A stretch of DNA of 64,000 nucleotides from NCBI GenBank assembly GCA_963693055.1, contig OY843751.1:4512001-4576000 (forward strand), in the 5' to 3' direction. The stretch comes from a bacterium (GTDB lineage: Bacteria > Zhuqueibacterota > Zhuqueibacteria > Residuimicrobiales > Krinioviventaceae). Position numbers and translations under genes: made by a program. Each line of letters starts with the position of its first letter. The first letter of the stretch is position 1. Under the pieces are notes generated by a model that saw only the letters and a program-made list of their open reading frames with translations, was not told the DNA's origin and ran no database searches. Below are positions 18,267 to 28,451 of the stretch, in pieces.

Positions 18267-19463
18267 TTAATTTATCAATTTTATAAAATGGCCAATAATT
18301 TTTTTAGCTGTGGTAGCCACACCAAAACGTTCTTCCGCCCTTTCCCTGGCCGCACCTGACATCTCTTGACGTTTTAAATCATTACATAATACATTATTTA
18401 ACGCTTTTGATAATGCGTCAACATCACGCGGTTGAACCAATACTGAACCGTTACAGTCTCCAATAGCTTCCGGTAAGCCGCCTACCTCTGTTGCAACTAT
18501 AGGTAAACCGCATGCCATGGCTTCCATAACCGCATTCGGCATTCCCTCATGATAGCTAGGTAAAACAAACACATCACATGCTTTCATCCATTTATGGACC
18601 TGATCATGTAAAACCGGCCCCATCATTCGGATTCTTTCACCTAATTGATGATCATTAATATATTGAACCATGCCCTGTTTTGCAGCGCCACTGCCGCAAA
18701 CACGCAATTCCAGATCCTCCAGATCATCACTCACTTTGTGAAATGCTTTTAATAATTCAAAAACGCCCTTGTCACTTTTTAAATTACTAAGATATAAAAC
18801 AATCTTTTTATTAAAAGGTAAGCCTAATTCTTTACGAATTTCTTCCTTATCTTTTACCGGTTTAAAAAGCTCCAGATCAACCACACCATAAACAGTTAAT
18901 ACCGGTTTACTGCTTATCTTTGCAAGCTTGTCTGCAATTCCCTGTCCGTTTGCCATTACACCATCCAGACGATCTACAACGGAAGTAAAATGATTATATA
19001 TGGTTTTAGAGTAATTGGGAATTATATTCACATCCCGCCCAATTGCTTCACAAACAACGGGCAATTTCAAATCTTTGGCCAATCGAACAGCCGCATCACC
19101 ATCCGGAAAAAAACTGCGTGCATAGATAATATCAAACTTTTTCTCACGATGTAATTTATATGCCATTTTTTTAAGCGCCCAATAAACAGCAAGTCCATTC
19201 CACCTGTAATACCAGTTCCCGGTAATTCTCAAATACGGTACCGCAAAAGCATCAATACCTTCATACTTACAAACAGGCACATTATTTTCCATGCCCTGCC
19301 ATCTATTGATTTTATTCAAAAACGGGGGCACCCATACAGTGGGTACAATTACTGTAATTTCTTCACCCTGACGGGCCATCTCCCGTACCTGACGGGCCAT
19401 CCATATCCCATAATTGGGATTATTTTCATTAGGATACAAGTGAGAAATGGTCAGTATCTTCAT
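18267..19463 (-). CDS. glycosyltransferase family 4 (TuaC-like)
   Basis: ISHLYP, DVFVLPSYHEGMPNAVMEAMACGLP. Confidence 0.9.
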   Translation of the reverse strand: MKILTISHLYPNENNPNYGIWMARQVREMARQGEEITVIVPTVWVPPFLNKINRWQGMENNVPVCKYEGIDAFAVPYLRITGNWYYRWNGLAVYWALKKMAYKLHREKKFDIIYARSFFPDGDAAVRLAKDLKLPVVCEAIGRDVNIIPNYSKTIYNHFTSVVDRLDGVMANGQGIADKLAKISSKPVLTVYGVVDLELFKPVKDKEEIRKELGLPFNKKIVLYLSNLKSDKGVFELLKAFHKVSDDLEDLELRVCGSGAAKQGMVQYINDHQLGERIRMMGPVLHDQVHKWMKACDVFVLPSYHEGMPNAVMEAMACGLPIVATEVGGLPEAIGDCNGSVLVQPRDVDALSKALNNVLCNDLKRQEMSGAARERAEERFGVATTAKKIIGHFIKLIN

Positions 19464-20827
19464 GTATCGCTTCCGGCTTTTTTCACATTCTCTGTTTGTT
19501 GTTTTTCTTCAGTTTCCAGTAAATCTACATTGCCCGCCACCAATGCCAACCCCAGGGCATACCAGTACCCTTTGGTAACAATAGCGGTCATTGTCAGTCC
19601 AATGAATAGAGAATACATCATCATTGTCATTGAAAGCCACTTTAACTGTGGATGTTCAATAGTTAATATTTTCATAAATAGAAAAAAGTATATTAAAAGC
19701 CATAATATTGCGCCAACAACACCCAACTCTCCCGCAATTGAAACAAGATCATTATGAGCAGCACGAACACCTTTATGTTCTGGAAACATTTCCTGAAAAT
19801 TCTTGTACCCCCAGCCAAATATGGGGCGTTTGGAAAGCAATTCAAGACCCGCTTTCCATTGTTCAGAGCGTCCGCCCAAATCTCCATCGCTTTGAGTACC
19901 ACGCAACCTGGCTTTTGCCTGGTCAGATAATACATCCGTTGTTAAAGCAATTGTCAAGACAGATATACCAAGCAGGGTAACCAGAACAATACTTACCACA
20001 CTTTTAACAAGATATTTCCCTTTTGCAGCAAATAGAAATCCCATTACCGGAGCAAGAACAAATGAAGCCAGAGCCGTTCGATTCTGCGTTTTTAAAATAC
20101 CGTATAAAAGTATTGGACCAAAAACAAGAAATCCTAAAACGGCAAACCGTTCTTTTTCATTAAACAAGTAAAAAGCAGACAGGAATCCAAGGAGTAGAGA
20201 ATTACCCAACACTACCGGATTTGTACCTTCAGAAAGTACTACACGTCCCATTGCCTCTCCACCGGCTGAATAACCAACCTGGCCAAAAATAATCATAAAG
20301 GCGCTGGTAATAGAACCAAGAAACACAGCCCACAAAACGAAACGCAAGTTACGCTCATCCCGAATAGTATTAATCAGAATAATAATCAAAATCACATTCA
20401 ATATTAATGCTACAATACCATTATAGGTTGCCTGCTGTACATGTGCCCACAAAAAACTCATCAGTGCAAACCAGGTGAAAATCAGTATAGGAATCATCTC
20501 GCGTGGAATAACCACTTTTAAACGAAACTTGTTAATGACATAACTCGCCACCACTAGCAATCCAATTGCACGGCTTCCGGCGCCAATTTTTGAAAGTTCA
20601 AAAGCCCCTTCAATAGGGAAAAAGAACAACAGCGCCATAATTGCTATAGGAGTATGGTACATACTGGTTGCACCCACCACAATGCCTACCACAATTGCCG
20701 CATGAATTTTACTACCCGAAATAAAATAAATTGCCGCCCCAACAATGGCAGCAATTACAATCAGGATCATGGATCTTTTGGTTTTTTTTAATTCTTTTAA
20801 ATTTTGCTTTATTGTATCCATACTCAA
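19460..20827 (-). CDS. wzy: O-antigen ligase/polymerase family (Wzy_C)
   Basis: about 11-12 TM segments; RSEQWKAG…PIFGWG…AHND…ELGVVG. Confidence 0.75.
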   Translation of the reverse strand: MSMDTIKQNLKELKKTKRSMILIVIAAIVGAAIYFISGSKIHAAIVVGIVVGATSMYHTPIAIMALLFFFPIEGAFELSKIGAGSRAIGLLVVASYVINKFRLKVVIPREMIPILIFTWFALMSFLWAHVQQATYNGIVALILNVILIIILINTIRDERNLRFVLWAVFLGSITSAFMIIFGQVGYSAGGEAMGRVVLSEGTNPVVLGNSLLLGFLSAFYLFNEKERFAVLGFLVFGPILLYGILKTQNRTALASFVLAPVMGFLFAAKGKYLVKSVVSIVLVTLLGISVLTIALTTDVLSDQAKARLRGTQSDGDLGGRSEQWKAGLELLSKRPIFGWGYKNFQEMFPEHKGVRAAHNDLVSIAGELGVVGAILWLLIYFFLFMKILTIEHPQLKWLSMTMMMYSLFIGLTMTAIVTKGYWYALGLALVAGNVDLLETEEKQQTENVKKAGSDT

Positions 20828-22302
20828 GATTTTAACAAGGGCTCCAGTTTAATCCAGCGCAATACCAGTTCTTTATCGCTTTCATCAAGCAATTTAAACC
20901 GGAATGATAAATACAAAAATAATGTGCCACCAATTGCCATTACAATACTAAAATGGATTAATGGCTGATGTATAAACAATGCAAAAAGTTTTCCTATGCC
21001 AAATGCAATAATAGAAACCAGCAATAACTTCCACACAGCATCAAGAACAAACGCCTGACGCAGTGTAAAGGGTAAATCCCGGTTTATATATTTTAAAGAT
21101 ACCGCAACTTGAGTTATTCTTCCAGCCAGCACACCTATTGCGGGTCCCATTAACCCCAAGGGATAAATCAATACCCACCCAACACCCAAGCCTACAATCA
21201 GTGCCGCCAAGGATGAATAAATAACATATTGAGTTTTACCTGTAATTTTAAACAATGATTGTGTATCACATATTCTAAGCGGTAATAATAAAAGCATTAC
21301 AATAAAAATATACCAGGCACTGCCATACGTATCACCGTACAGAATTGTTAAAAATTCTTTTGAAACAAATGTTAGAAAAACAAACAAAGGTATTGAAACA
21401 ATGGCTACCTTGTGGGCAGTTTTTACCCATAAATTAATTATACCCTGAATATTCCCTCCTTGCATATATTGAATACATACAGGTATCAATACAAGCGCAA
21501 TTTGCGAAGAAAGCTTGGCCAATACAGGCAATTCTGTACTGGCGACTGAAAACAAGGCAAAGTCTTCCGGGGTAAAAAAGGTAGAAACCAACAACCTGTG
21601 TATCTGGGTATAAAACACATAGGTTGCAAAACTGATCCAATACGGTATTGAAAATCCAAACTGACCTTTGAGCAACTCCCAATTAAATGAGGGATGAATA
21701 CCAATAACCTTGATAAACACATACATGTTGTAAAAAAACAAAATCACATTGGCAAGGGTCAATATCTGAATAGCAAACAAAAATGTGGAACCCATTAGCA
21801 ATGGAACCGCAATGGCAAGAACCACAAAAATGGATTGAAAAAAAGAAATAATGCTGTTCAATTTTGCCTTGCCCACCGTAATCAAAGATGTATGGAACAA
21901 TGCGCCAAACATTTGAAATGCCGGAAAAACCGCGGTATACACCAAATATTTTTCCAGTTCCGGGTTATTGAAAGCATTAGCTACATATTTTCGGGTAAAA
22001 AACAAAGTTAAAAAGGCCAACAAGCCCAAAAACGTATACAATACATTGGTTTGAAAAACAAATTGCTTTTTTTCCTTGTCATTCAAACTGGCAAGATAAT
22101 ATGACGCACTCTCTGCAATACTGAGATAAAAAATAATATAAAAAATATAAGACAGCATGATAATTTGACGAAAACTTCCAAAATCATGCTGTGTTAAAAT
22201 TCTCGCCAAAATCATTCCTTGAATGATTGACGTACCCTGAGTCAGGGCATTACCAATCACAAGGAATATGGATTGGTCCTTCAAACTGGTTTTTTCTGCC
22301 AT
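20824..22302 (-). CDS. wzx: oligosaccharide flippase
   Basis: multi-TM MOP-family pattern; ILARILTQHDFG; position in the locus. Confidence 0.85.
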   Translation of the reverse strand: MAEKTSLKDQSIFLVIGNALTQGTSIIQGMILARILTQHDFGSFRQIIMLSYIFYIIFYLSIAESASYYLASLNDKEKKQFVFQTNVLYTFLGLLAFLTLFFTRKYVANAFNNPELEKYLVYTAVFPAFQMFGALFHTSLITVGKAKLNSIISFFQSIFVVLAIAVPLLMGSTFLFAIQILTLANVILFFYNMYVFIKVIGIHPSFNWELLKGQFGFSIPYWISFATYVFYTQIHRLLVSTFFTPEDFALFSVASTELPVLAKLSSQIALVLIPVCIQYMQGGNIQGIINLWVKTAHKVAIVSIPLFVFLTFVSKEFLTILYGDTYGSAWYIFIVMLLLLPLRICDTQSLFKITGKTQYVIYSSLAALIVGLGVGWVLIYPLGLMGPAIGVLAGRITQVAVSLKYINRDLPFTLRQAFVLDAVWKLLLVSIIAFGIGKLFALFIHQPLIHFSIVMAIGGTLFLYLSFRFKLLDESDKELVLRWIKLEPLLKS

Positions 22303-22385
22303 CTAGTAGTACTACCTGTCCCTAAATATTAATATAATATAAAAACATTGAGCATAATCTTGGCTGCAATAAATCAGCCACGGAT

Positions 22386-23471
22386 TCAAGTTTCTGAATT
22401 TGAATTCAAAGGTGCTCGGTAAGCCGGGAAAAAAGATTCATTATATAAATCACTTTTAATCTCTATATCACGATTATTGCATAATTCAATGTATTTTTCT
22501 TTATCTATTACCCATTTCCACACATTGAAATCATGTCTGATTTTTGAAAAACCAGATTTAAATTCAAACAATGAATCTTTTTGAGCTCCAACACCACCCC
22601 CCAGATGAAATGTCTTGAATTTATTTTCTGCGGCCCACAACCTTACAGTATCTTTTTCCAATTTCCTCGGAGCGATGTCACGGTATTTTGAAAACATTCC
22701 ACCAAGATAAGATTGCACAATACCGTTACATTCAATATATATACCACCACAAATTACTTTACCCTCTAGCAAACAGATAAATAAATACACATTTGCTTCC
22801 AGTTTGCTTACCAGATTTTCAAAATGCTCTCTGGTAAAATAATAATAATCTGTAGCATTCACACGGTTCATAGTTTCATAATAAAGTGCTAAAAAATCAT
22901 CAAGATATTTATATTCTGTATCTATAATACATTCAGCACCCAAACGACGAAGTTTATTTACACCGCTCTTGTGTCCTTTAGAATATTGACTTCTCTGTTC
23001 ATCAACCGGTAAAGATAAATCTATGGATATGGTAATGCCAATATTAGAAATGCTGCCAGCGTTATCAATTATAAAATTTTGAGGTATAAATGGATGTAGA
23101 CGTGAAAAAACAGTAATAACACCCATATTTTTCAGTTCGACTTTTAAGCTTTGCTGGAAATCATCAATTATCTCATGGGGTATGGAAGAATGTGAGGACA
23201 CAGGTCCGGCATAACCATACACAGATGATGCATCATAAAATCCATTGGCGCCACTCAATTCATCAACACTTTTTAATGATCGAATCATCAAAGGCAATGC
23301 AATATGATAGCCGTCTTTTTCATAACTGAATAAAATAGCTTTACCTTCACCACCCTCTTCAGCTATCTTGTGATAGCTGGGAAGATGATAAAAATCGTAA
23401 AGCTGCATTTTAGCCAGATGCTTGTTCCATTCCTCAGCATTATCGGTATAAATCTTTTGAATTTGGTACAT
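22386..23471 (-). CDS. GNAT family N-acyltransferase, FemAB-related
   Basis: DFYHLPSY, SVYGYAGP, FSRLHP, FHLGGG…DSLFEFKSGF, FFPAYR. Confidence 0.8.
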   Translation of the reverse strand: MYQIQKIYTDNAEEWNKHLAKMQLYDFYHLPSYHKIAEEGGEGKAILFSYEKDGYHIALPLMIRSLKSVDELSGANGFYDASSVYGYAGPVSSHSSIPHEIIDDFQQSLKVELKNMGVITVFSRLHPFIPQNFIIDNAGSISNIGITISIDLSLPVDEQRSQYSKGHKSGVNKLRRLGAECIIDTEYKYLDDFLALYYETMNRVNATDYYYFTREHFENLVSKLEANVYLFICLLEGKVICGGIYIECNGIVQSYLGGMFSKYRDIAPRKLEKDTVRLWAAENKFKTFHLGGGVGAQKDSLFEFKSGFSKIRHDFNVWKWVIDKEKYIELCNNRDIEIKSDLYNESFFPAYRAPLNSNSET

Positions 23472-23486
23472 ATAGTTATTAATTAC

Positions 23487-25310
23487 CTATTTTATATACA
23501 ATAATGATCTGGTCTGAACTGATTCATCAAATTCTAGTACAGCAAAAAACGTACCGCTTGACACAGTTTTGCCAAACACATTTGTGCCATCCCACTGACT
23601 GCTATAAAAGCCAGCAGCCTGCGTTTCTTTTACCAACTGCTTGACCAATTTTCCATTGATATTAAAAATAGACAAACTGACGCTTCCGTTATGAGGTAAA
23701 TAATAAGACAGAACAGTATTCGAGTTGAATGGATTGGGGTAATTGGGGTGTAAAATAAATTTGTCTGCTAATTTCACATCTGCAGTAAGTACATTTGAAA
23801 AACGGGTATTTCCATTTTTCTCATATAGTTTTAAACGATACTCCAGAGTACCATCTGAATTGACTTGATCGTCAGTATATTCATAGGTTTGCTTTCCCGA
23901 AACAACCTGAATATATTGTATTTTAGTAAAATCACTGTTAATATCTTTACGCTGTAATTCAAAACCCAGATAATTATTTTCTTTTTCAACAGTCCAGCGT
24001 AACGCGGGTTTGGAATCAAACATTTGAATTTCAAACGCTACAGCATCAATGTCTGTTGTTGGATCGTTGATGATCATCAAATTTTCATCCAGTGTACCTA
24101 TGCCCTGCTGTTGACAATGTTCAAGATATTGACGCACAGCACTTTCAGGATCATCTACGTTCATTGCTTCTTTATGAAGGTCATTATTCCTTACAGCCGC
24201 AGGATACAGGATATATTTTGTTGCGTAATAATCCAGAGCTACAGGATCGGAGCTTGCGAACAAGTAACCAGCTTGTTCTGCTTTATCAATATCTTCCCTG
24301 CTGCCCCAACCGATCCATTCTGCAGTGGTAAAATGCATATCAGCCTTGCGTATAGTCCGAATAAATGTACCAATAGCATCACCTAATACACCGGGTATGG
24401 GCCCAACAAGGTTTTCGTTAAATGCAAAAGCATGAAAGTTATAATAGTCATCTACCAGTTTTCCATTTTCAGGATTACTTCCCCAAGACAGGTCAACAAC
24501 ACCCATGTAATTCTTGACTGCACTGGTTGTACCTACATAATAGCTGTGACGACACAAACCGGAAAAAATGATAAATTTCAGAGGTTTATCAGAAAGGTAC
24601 TGACCATTTTCCCATACACCATTTTTCAAATCTATAGTAAGACCGCTATATGTAGACTTGAAAACAGGATAGGTCATAATCGTTTCGCGATAATCATCAG
24701 CATTTTCTGCATTATTGGAAACGACATTATCTTCTTCAAAGACATACCCTTCTCCATCTTCAGGGCCATAAATACGCTGACCGCCGTCTTCATAAGAATC
24801 ATTCCAGATAAAGCGGGAAACATTATCATGGCCTTCCGCCTGAATCAATGCTAACAGGTCATTAAGATTTTTAACAACAGGAATGTTGGAATTGATTAAA
24901 AACGGCTCTGCCCAGGCACCTTTATCCTGAGCGGGCCACCGGTGGTTATTGTCTCCCAGAATAATTTCACCATTGAACCCTGGTATATCCAGTATTTTAT
25001 CAATAAATGTTTTTATTGAAGCCAGATTACCTGATCCCTGGTTTATGCGTTGAGCATTGGTTTTAATAACAACAACATCATTGGGTCCAATAAAATTTTC
25101 AATACCACCCATCAGATCAAGGAGATTACTCATATTGTCAGTTGGACCGTTACCATTTGTCATATATATACGAGAATACTCGTCCTCGACAGGTTTTGCC
25201 CAGGTGCGAGTGCCAGCCATTGATGCCGCAATCAAAGCTCCGGCGCCCTGGCCTGTATTTTTTATAAATCTTCGTCTAGAAATATTCTTTTTCATAGTTC
25301 CCATAACCAT
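23487..25310 (-). CDS. Tat-exported DUF362-like protein fused to Ig-like and FlgD-Ig/Por-type C-terminal domain
   Basis: SRRRFIK twin-arginine signal; VVVIKTN, RHS..GTTSAVKNYMG and ASSDPVALD motifs; NYPNPFNS…VSSGTFF…RSLLYIK tail. Confidence 0.75.
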   Translation of the reverse strand: MVMGTMKKNISRRRFIKNTGQGAGALIAASMAGTRTWAKPVEDEYSRIYMTNGNGPTDNMSNLLDLMGGIENFIGPNDVVVIKTNAQRINQGSGNLASIKTFIDKILDIPGFNGEIILGDNNHRWPAQDKGAWAEPFLINSNIPVVKNLNDLLALIQAEGHDNVSRFIWNDSYEDGGQRIYGPEDGEGYVFEEDNVVSNNAENADDYRETIMTYPVFKSTYSGLTIDLKNGVWENGQYLSDKPLKFIIFSGLCRHSYYVGTTSAVKNYMGVVDLSWGSNPENGKLVDDYYNFHAFAFNENLVGPIPGVLGDAIGTFIRTIRKADMHFTTAEWIGWGSREDIDKAEQAGYLFASSDPVALDYYATKYILYPAAVRNNDLHKEAMNVDDPESAVRQYLEHCQQQGIGTLDENLMIINDPTTDIDAVAFEIQMFDSKPALRWTVEKENNYLGFELQRKDINSDFTKIQYIQVVSGKQTYEYTDDQVNSDGTLEYRLKLYEKNGNTRFSNVLTADVKLADKFILHPNYPNPFNSNTVLSYYLPHNGSVSLSIFNINGKLVKQLVKETQAAGFYSSQWDGTNVFGKTVSSGTFFAVLEFDESVQTRSLLYIK

Positions 25311-25327
25311 AACCTTTCGTTCCTGGT

Positions 25328-25912
25328 TTAATAAGAGATCCAGTACCAGATATATTTTATCACTTCCATGATCACAATTTTCAGGCTAGAAGGTTTATAC
25401 CACCACCCTTTTGATTGCAATATACCCTGATCAGGATGCGCTACCAACAGTTGCGTATCCAATCCTTTCAAGGCACGTTTAAATATCATATTTGCTCTAC
25501 TGGTATGGAAATCTGTAGTAACTAGAATCACACGCTTGAATTTATTTCTCTCAATGATCTTGCGAATAGTTTTTGCCTGCTCACCCGTCCCCAAGCCATG
25601 ACGTGCAAGAACATCCAGAACAATTTTATCTCCAGGAACCCCCAGCTCCATTGCTTTCTCTTTCATATAATTTGCTTGTACTATGCTTTTATCCTGACCA
25701 GGGCATCCTGATACAATCAAAGTATCTGCAAATCCCTGTTGGAATAGATGAGATGCGTGCTCAACACGCTCACCTCGTCCTCCACTAATCACAATGATAG
25801 CATCTGCATTTTCCAAATCAGATTGTGTAACCAGAACATTATCTGCAACCATCACAAAAAACACTGCCAGTACAAAAATCAGTCCTAATATTATATATAT
25901 TTTTTTCTGCAT
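25328..25912 (-). CDS. YdcF/DUF218 family protein
   Basis: N-terminal TM; ADAIIVISGG..ERV; LIVSG; LVTTDFHTSRA; terminal E..KY. Confidence 0.8.
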   Translation of the reverse strand: MQKKIYIILGLIFVLAVFFVMVADNVLVTQSDLENADAIIVISGGRGERVEHASHLFQQGFADTLIVSGCPGQDKSIVQANYMKEKAMELGVPGDKIVLDVLARHGLGTGEQAKTIRKIIERNKFKRVILVTTDFHTSRANMIFKRALKGLDTQLLVAHPDQGILQSKGWWYKPSSLKIVIMEVIKYIWYWISY

Positions 25913-25926
25913 AACCTTTCAATCCA

Positions 25927-26568
25927 CTATTTTGTAAAAAAATTGCCTATCTGGCGCGCCGGGTTACCAAACATAAACACACCTTCGGCAACATCTTTGG
26001 CTATCACTGCACCCGCACCAACCGTACTTTGATTGCCCACCTTGGCCAAGGGAGTTATAGTTGCACCAACACCTACCAAACATCCGCTGCCCAATTGAAC
26101 ACCACCACTGAGCACAGCCCCGCCGCCAACATGACAATAATCTCCCATTTTCACACCATGGCCAATAATACTGGCATTGTTTACAATACAATGGCGTCCT
26201 ACATGGGCTTCCGATTCTATAATTGCATAAGGCATTATAGCCGTACCTTCTTCAATGCTGGAATATTTTCCCAATATTGCCGTAGGATGAATGAATGTTG
26301 GAAAATGAAATTCTTTATACTTATCAGCTATCCGTTTCCTGACGTTACAATCTCCAATAGCTATAAACATATTATTCACTTTAAGGTTTTTATTCTGGTT
26401 CTCAAAACCATCTTCTGAATAAACATTCGCATGCTTGTAAAAAAAACTACCTGCTTTTCGTGGGTCATCATCAATAAAGCCAATTATTTCATACTCTCTT
26501 AAAGAAATGATCAAATCAGCAATTACTGTCGAGTGCCCACCCGTACCATACACCCAAATTTTTTCCAT
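25927..26568 (-). CDS. PglD/NeuD-family sugar N/O-acetyltransferase (hexapeptide repeat)
   Basis: IWVYGTGGH, IAIGD, IHPTA, hexapeptide repeats, GNPAR. Confidence 0.9.
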   Translation of the reverse strand: MEKIWVYGTGGHSTVIADLIISLREYEIIGFIDDDPRKAGSFFYKHANVYSEDGFENQNKNLKVNNMFIAIGDCNVRKRIADKYKEFHFPTFIHPTAILGKYSSIEEGTAIMPYAIIESEAHVGRHCIVNNASIIGHGVKMGDYCHVGGGAVLSGGVQLGSGCLVGVGATITPLAKVGNQSTVGAGAVIAKDVAEGVFMFGNPARQIGNFFTK

Positions 26569-26616
26569 TAGTATTCCAAAACTGTTTTAAATTGAAAATT
26601 TCAAATCTTTTACAGT

Positions 26617-27798
26617 TTATTTCAATGACCGTAATAGTATTGAACAAACAAATTCTATATCAGATTCCTGAATATTTGTATAAAAAGGTAAAGCTATTGT
26701 ACGGTCTGAAACAAATTCTGTAACAGGAAAGTCTCCCGGCTTGTAACCAAACATATCCATATAAAAAGGTTGAAGATGAATTGGGGGAAAGTAATTATTG
26801 CACCCTATGCCATTATCTAATAAACTTTTCATTACGTTGCTTCGATCGTCCTGACTATACGAGCTGTCAAGTTGTATTACATATACAAACCAGCTCATAT
26901 CTATATTATCTGAAAGATAAGGGACTCTCACTCCTTTAATATCTGCAAGGTATTTATTATACAACAGAGCCGCATTGTTACGTTTTTCCAGTATTTCATC
27001 AAGTCTTTCCACCTGAGCAATGCCTAATGCACAGTTGATATCGCTCAAGCGATAATTATAACCCAACCTGACATGCGCAAGCCATTTTCCATCTCCGCCG
27101 CGTCCCTGGTTTCGCATACTTTTGCACAACTCTGCAACATTTTCATCATCCGTTACAATCACGCCGCCTTCACCGGTTGTAATCTGTTTATTGGGATAAA
27201 AGGCAAAAACACCCGCGTTTCCCATAGTACCTGCGTTTGCCCATTGCCCTTTTGTGTAATTATCCGATACCGTTTCTTTGAATTGGTATCTGGCACCAAT
27301 AGCCTCGCAGGAATCTTCAATCACTTTTAGATTATATTCATCGGCAAGTTTCAGAATAGCATCCATATCACAGGGTTGGCCAAATACATGTACAGGTAAA
27401 ATACCCTTAATTTTATCACCTCTACCTTGCGAGTGAGCAAGTTCTAAAGTTTCTCGCACCTTGTCAACATCCAGGTTGTACGTTTGGGGATCAATATCAA
27501 CAAAAATTGGCCTGACATCTTCGTATAACAAACAATTGGATGAAGCAACAAAACTAAATGGAGACGTTATAACTTCATCTCCCGGATTAAATCCCAATGC
27601 TTTAACCAGCAAATGCAAGCCGCTTGTACCGCTGTTGACCGCAACTGCATATTTACTGCCTACAAAATCGGCAACTTTTTCTTCAAATTCTGGTAATTTC
27701 GGTCCTAAACTCAGATTACGGGTATTTAAAACATCTGTTACATACTGAATTTCTTTTTCGGTAATATCAGGACCAGAAAGGTTCACCTTTATATTCAT
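26617..27798 (-). CDS. DegT/DnrJ/EryC1/StrS sugar aminotransferase
   Basis: NSGTSGLHL, EDSCEAIG, FYPNKQITTGEGG, GYNYRLSDI. Confidence 0.92.
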   Translation of the reverse strand: MNIKVNLSGPDITEKEIQYVTDVLNTRNLSLGPKLPEFEEKVADFVGSKYAVAVNSGTSGLHLLVKALGFNPGDEVITSPFSFVASSNCLLYEDVRPIFVDIDPQTYNLDVDKVRETLELAHSQGRGDKIKGILPVHVFGQPCDMDAILKLADEYNLKVIEDSCEAIGARYQFKETVSDNYTKGQWANAGTMGNAGVFAFYPNKQITTGEGGVIVTDDENVAELCKSMRNQGRGGDGKWLAHVRLGYNYRLSDINCALGIAQVERLDEILEKRNNAALLYNKYLADIKGVRVPYLSDNIDMSWFVYVIQLDSSYSQDDRSNVMKSLLDNGIGCNNYFPPIHLQPFYMDMFGYKPGDFPVTEFVSDRTIALPFYTNIQESDIEFVCSILLRSLK

Positions 27799-28436
27799 TG
27801 TTCATCCTTTACGTTAGATTGTTTTTGGATCTCAAAATCATCATTCACGCCATCTTCTCCGTACAGTCCTTCACGTAACAAGGCAACCTTGAACGTTTTG
27901 AAAAATATCTTTAGATCCAAAAGTAAAGAATAATTTTCAACATACCAAATATCCAGATCAATACGTTTTGCCCACGGCAACGAGTTACGACCGTTCACCT
28001 GTGCCCAACCGGTTACGCCGGGGCGCATATTCAGGCGTTTACGATGATAGTCAGTATATCTCTCTACCTGACGTTTAATTGTAGGCCGTGGACCAATAAC
28101 GCTCATATCTCCAATTAAAATATTGATCAATTGCGGCAATTCATCAATACTCCAGTTACGAATAAAATGCCCGAATCCCGTAATTCGGCTATCATTTTGC
28201 GTCAATTGTTGACCATTTGCCATTTTTTCAGCATTATTTACCATGCTGCGGAATTTGTAAATCACAAATAATTTTCCATCTTTGCCAATTCGTTCCTGCT
28301 TAAAGAATATGGGGCCGGGGCTCTCTAATCTTATAATAATAGCAACAATCAATAACAGCGGACTCAGAATTAATAAAAGTATGGCAGAAAACAGAAAATC
28401 AAACAGATGCTTTATAAAGATACTCACGCTACGCAT
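27795..28436 (-). CDS. initiating phosphoglycosyl transferase (PglC/WcaJ-type Bac_transf)
   Basis: KFRSM, DELPQLINILIGDMSVIGPRP, PGVTGWAQVNGRN. Confidence 0.92.
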   Translation of the reverse strand: MRSVSIFIKHLFDFLFSAILLLILSPLLLIVAIIIRLESPGPIFFKQERIGKDGKLFVIYKFRSMVNNAEKMANGQQLTQNDSRITGFGHFIRNWSIDELPQLINILIGDMSVIGPRPTIKRQVERYTDYHRKRLNMRPGVTGWAQVNGRNSLPWAKRIDLDIWYVENYSLLLDLKIFFKTFKVALLREGLYGEDGVNDDFEIQKQSNVKDEQ

Positions 28437-28451
28437 TACTTGTTCAAACTC

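Noticed and set aside
25980-25990. 11-bp match CACCTTCGGCA to the 3' end of tRNA-Leu (possible att site)
   Set aside because: It lies inside the acetyltransferase CDS, no integrase is present, and the interval contains rrn, tyrS and smpB; a chance match.
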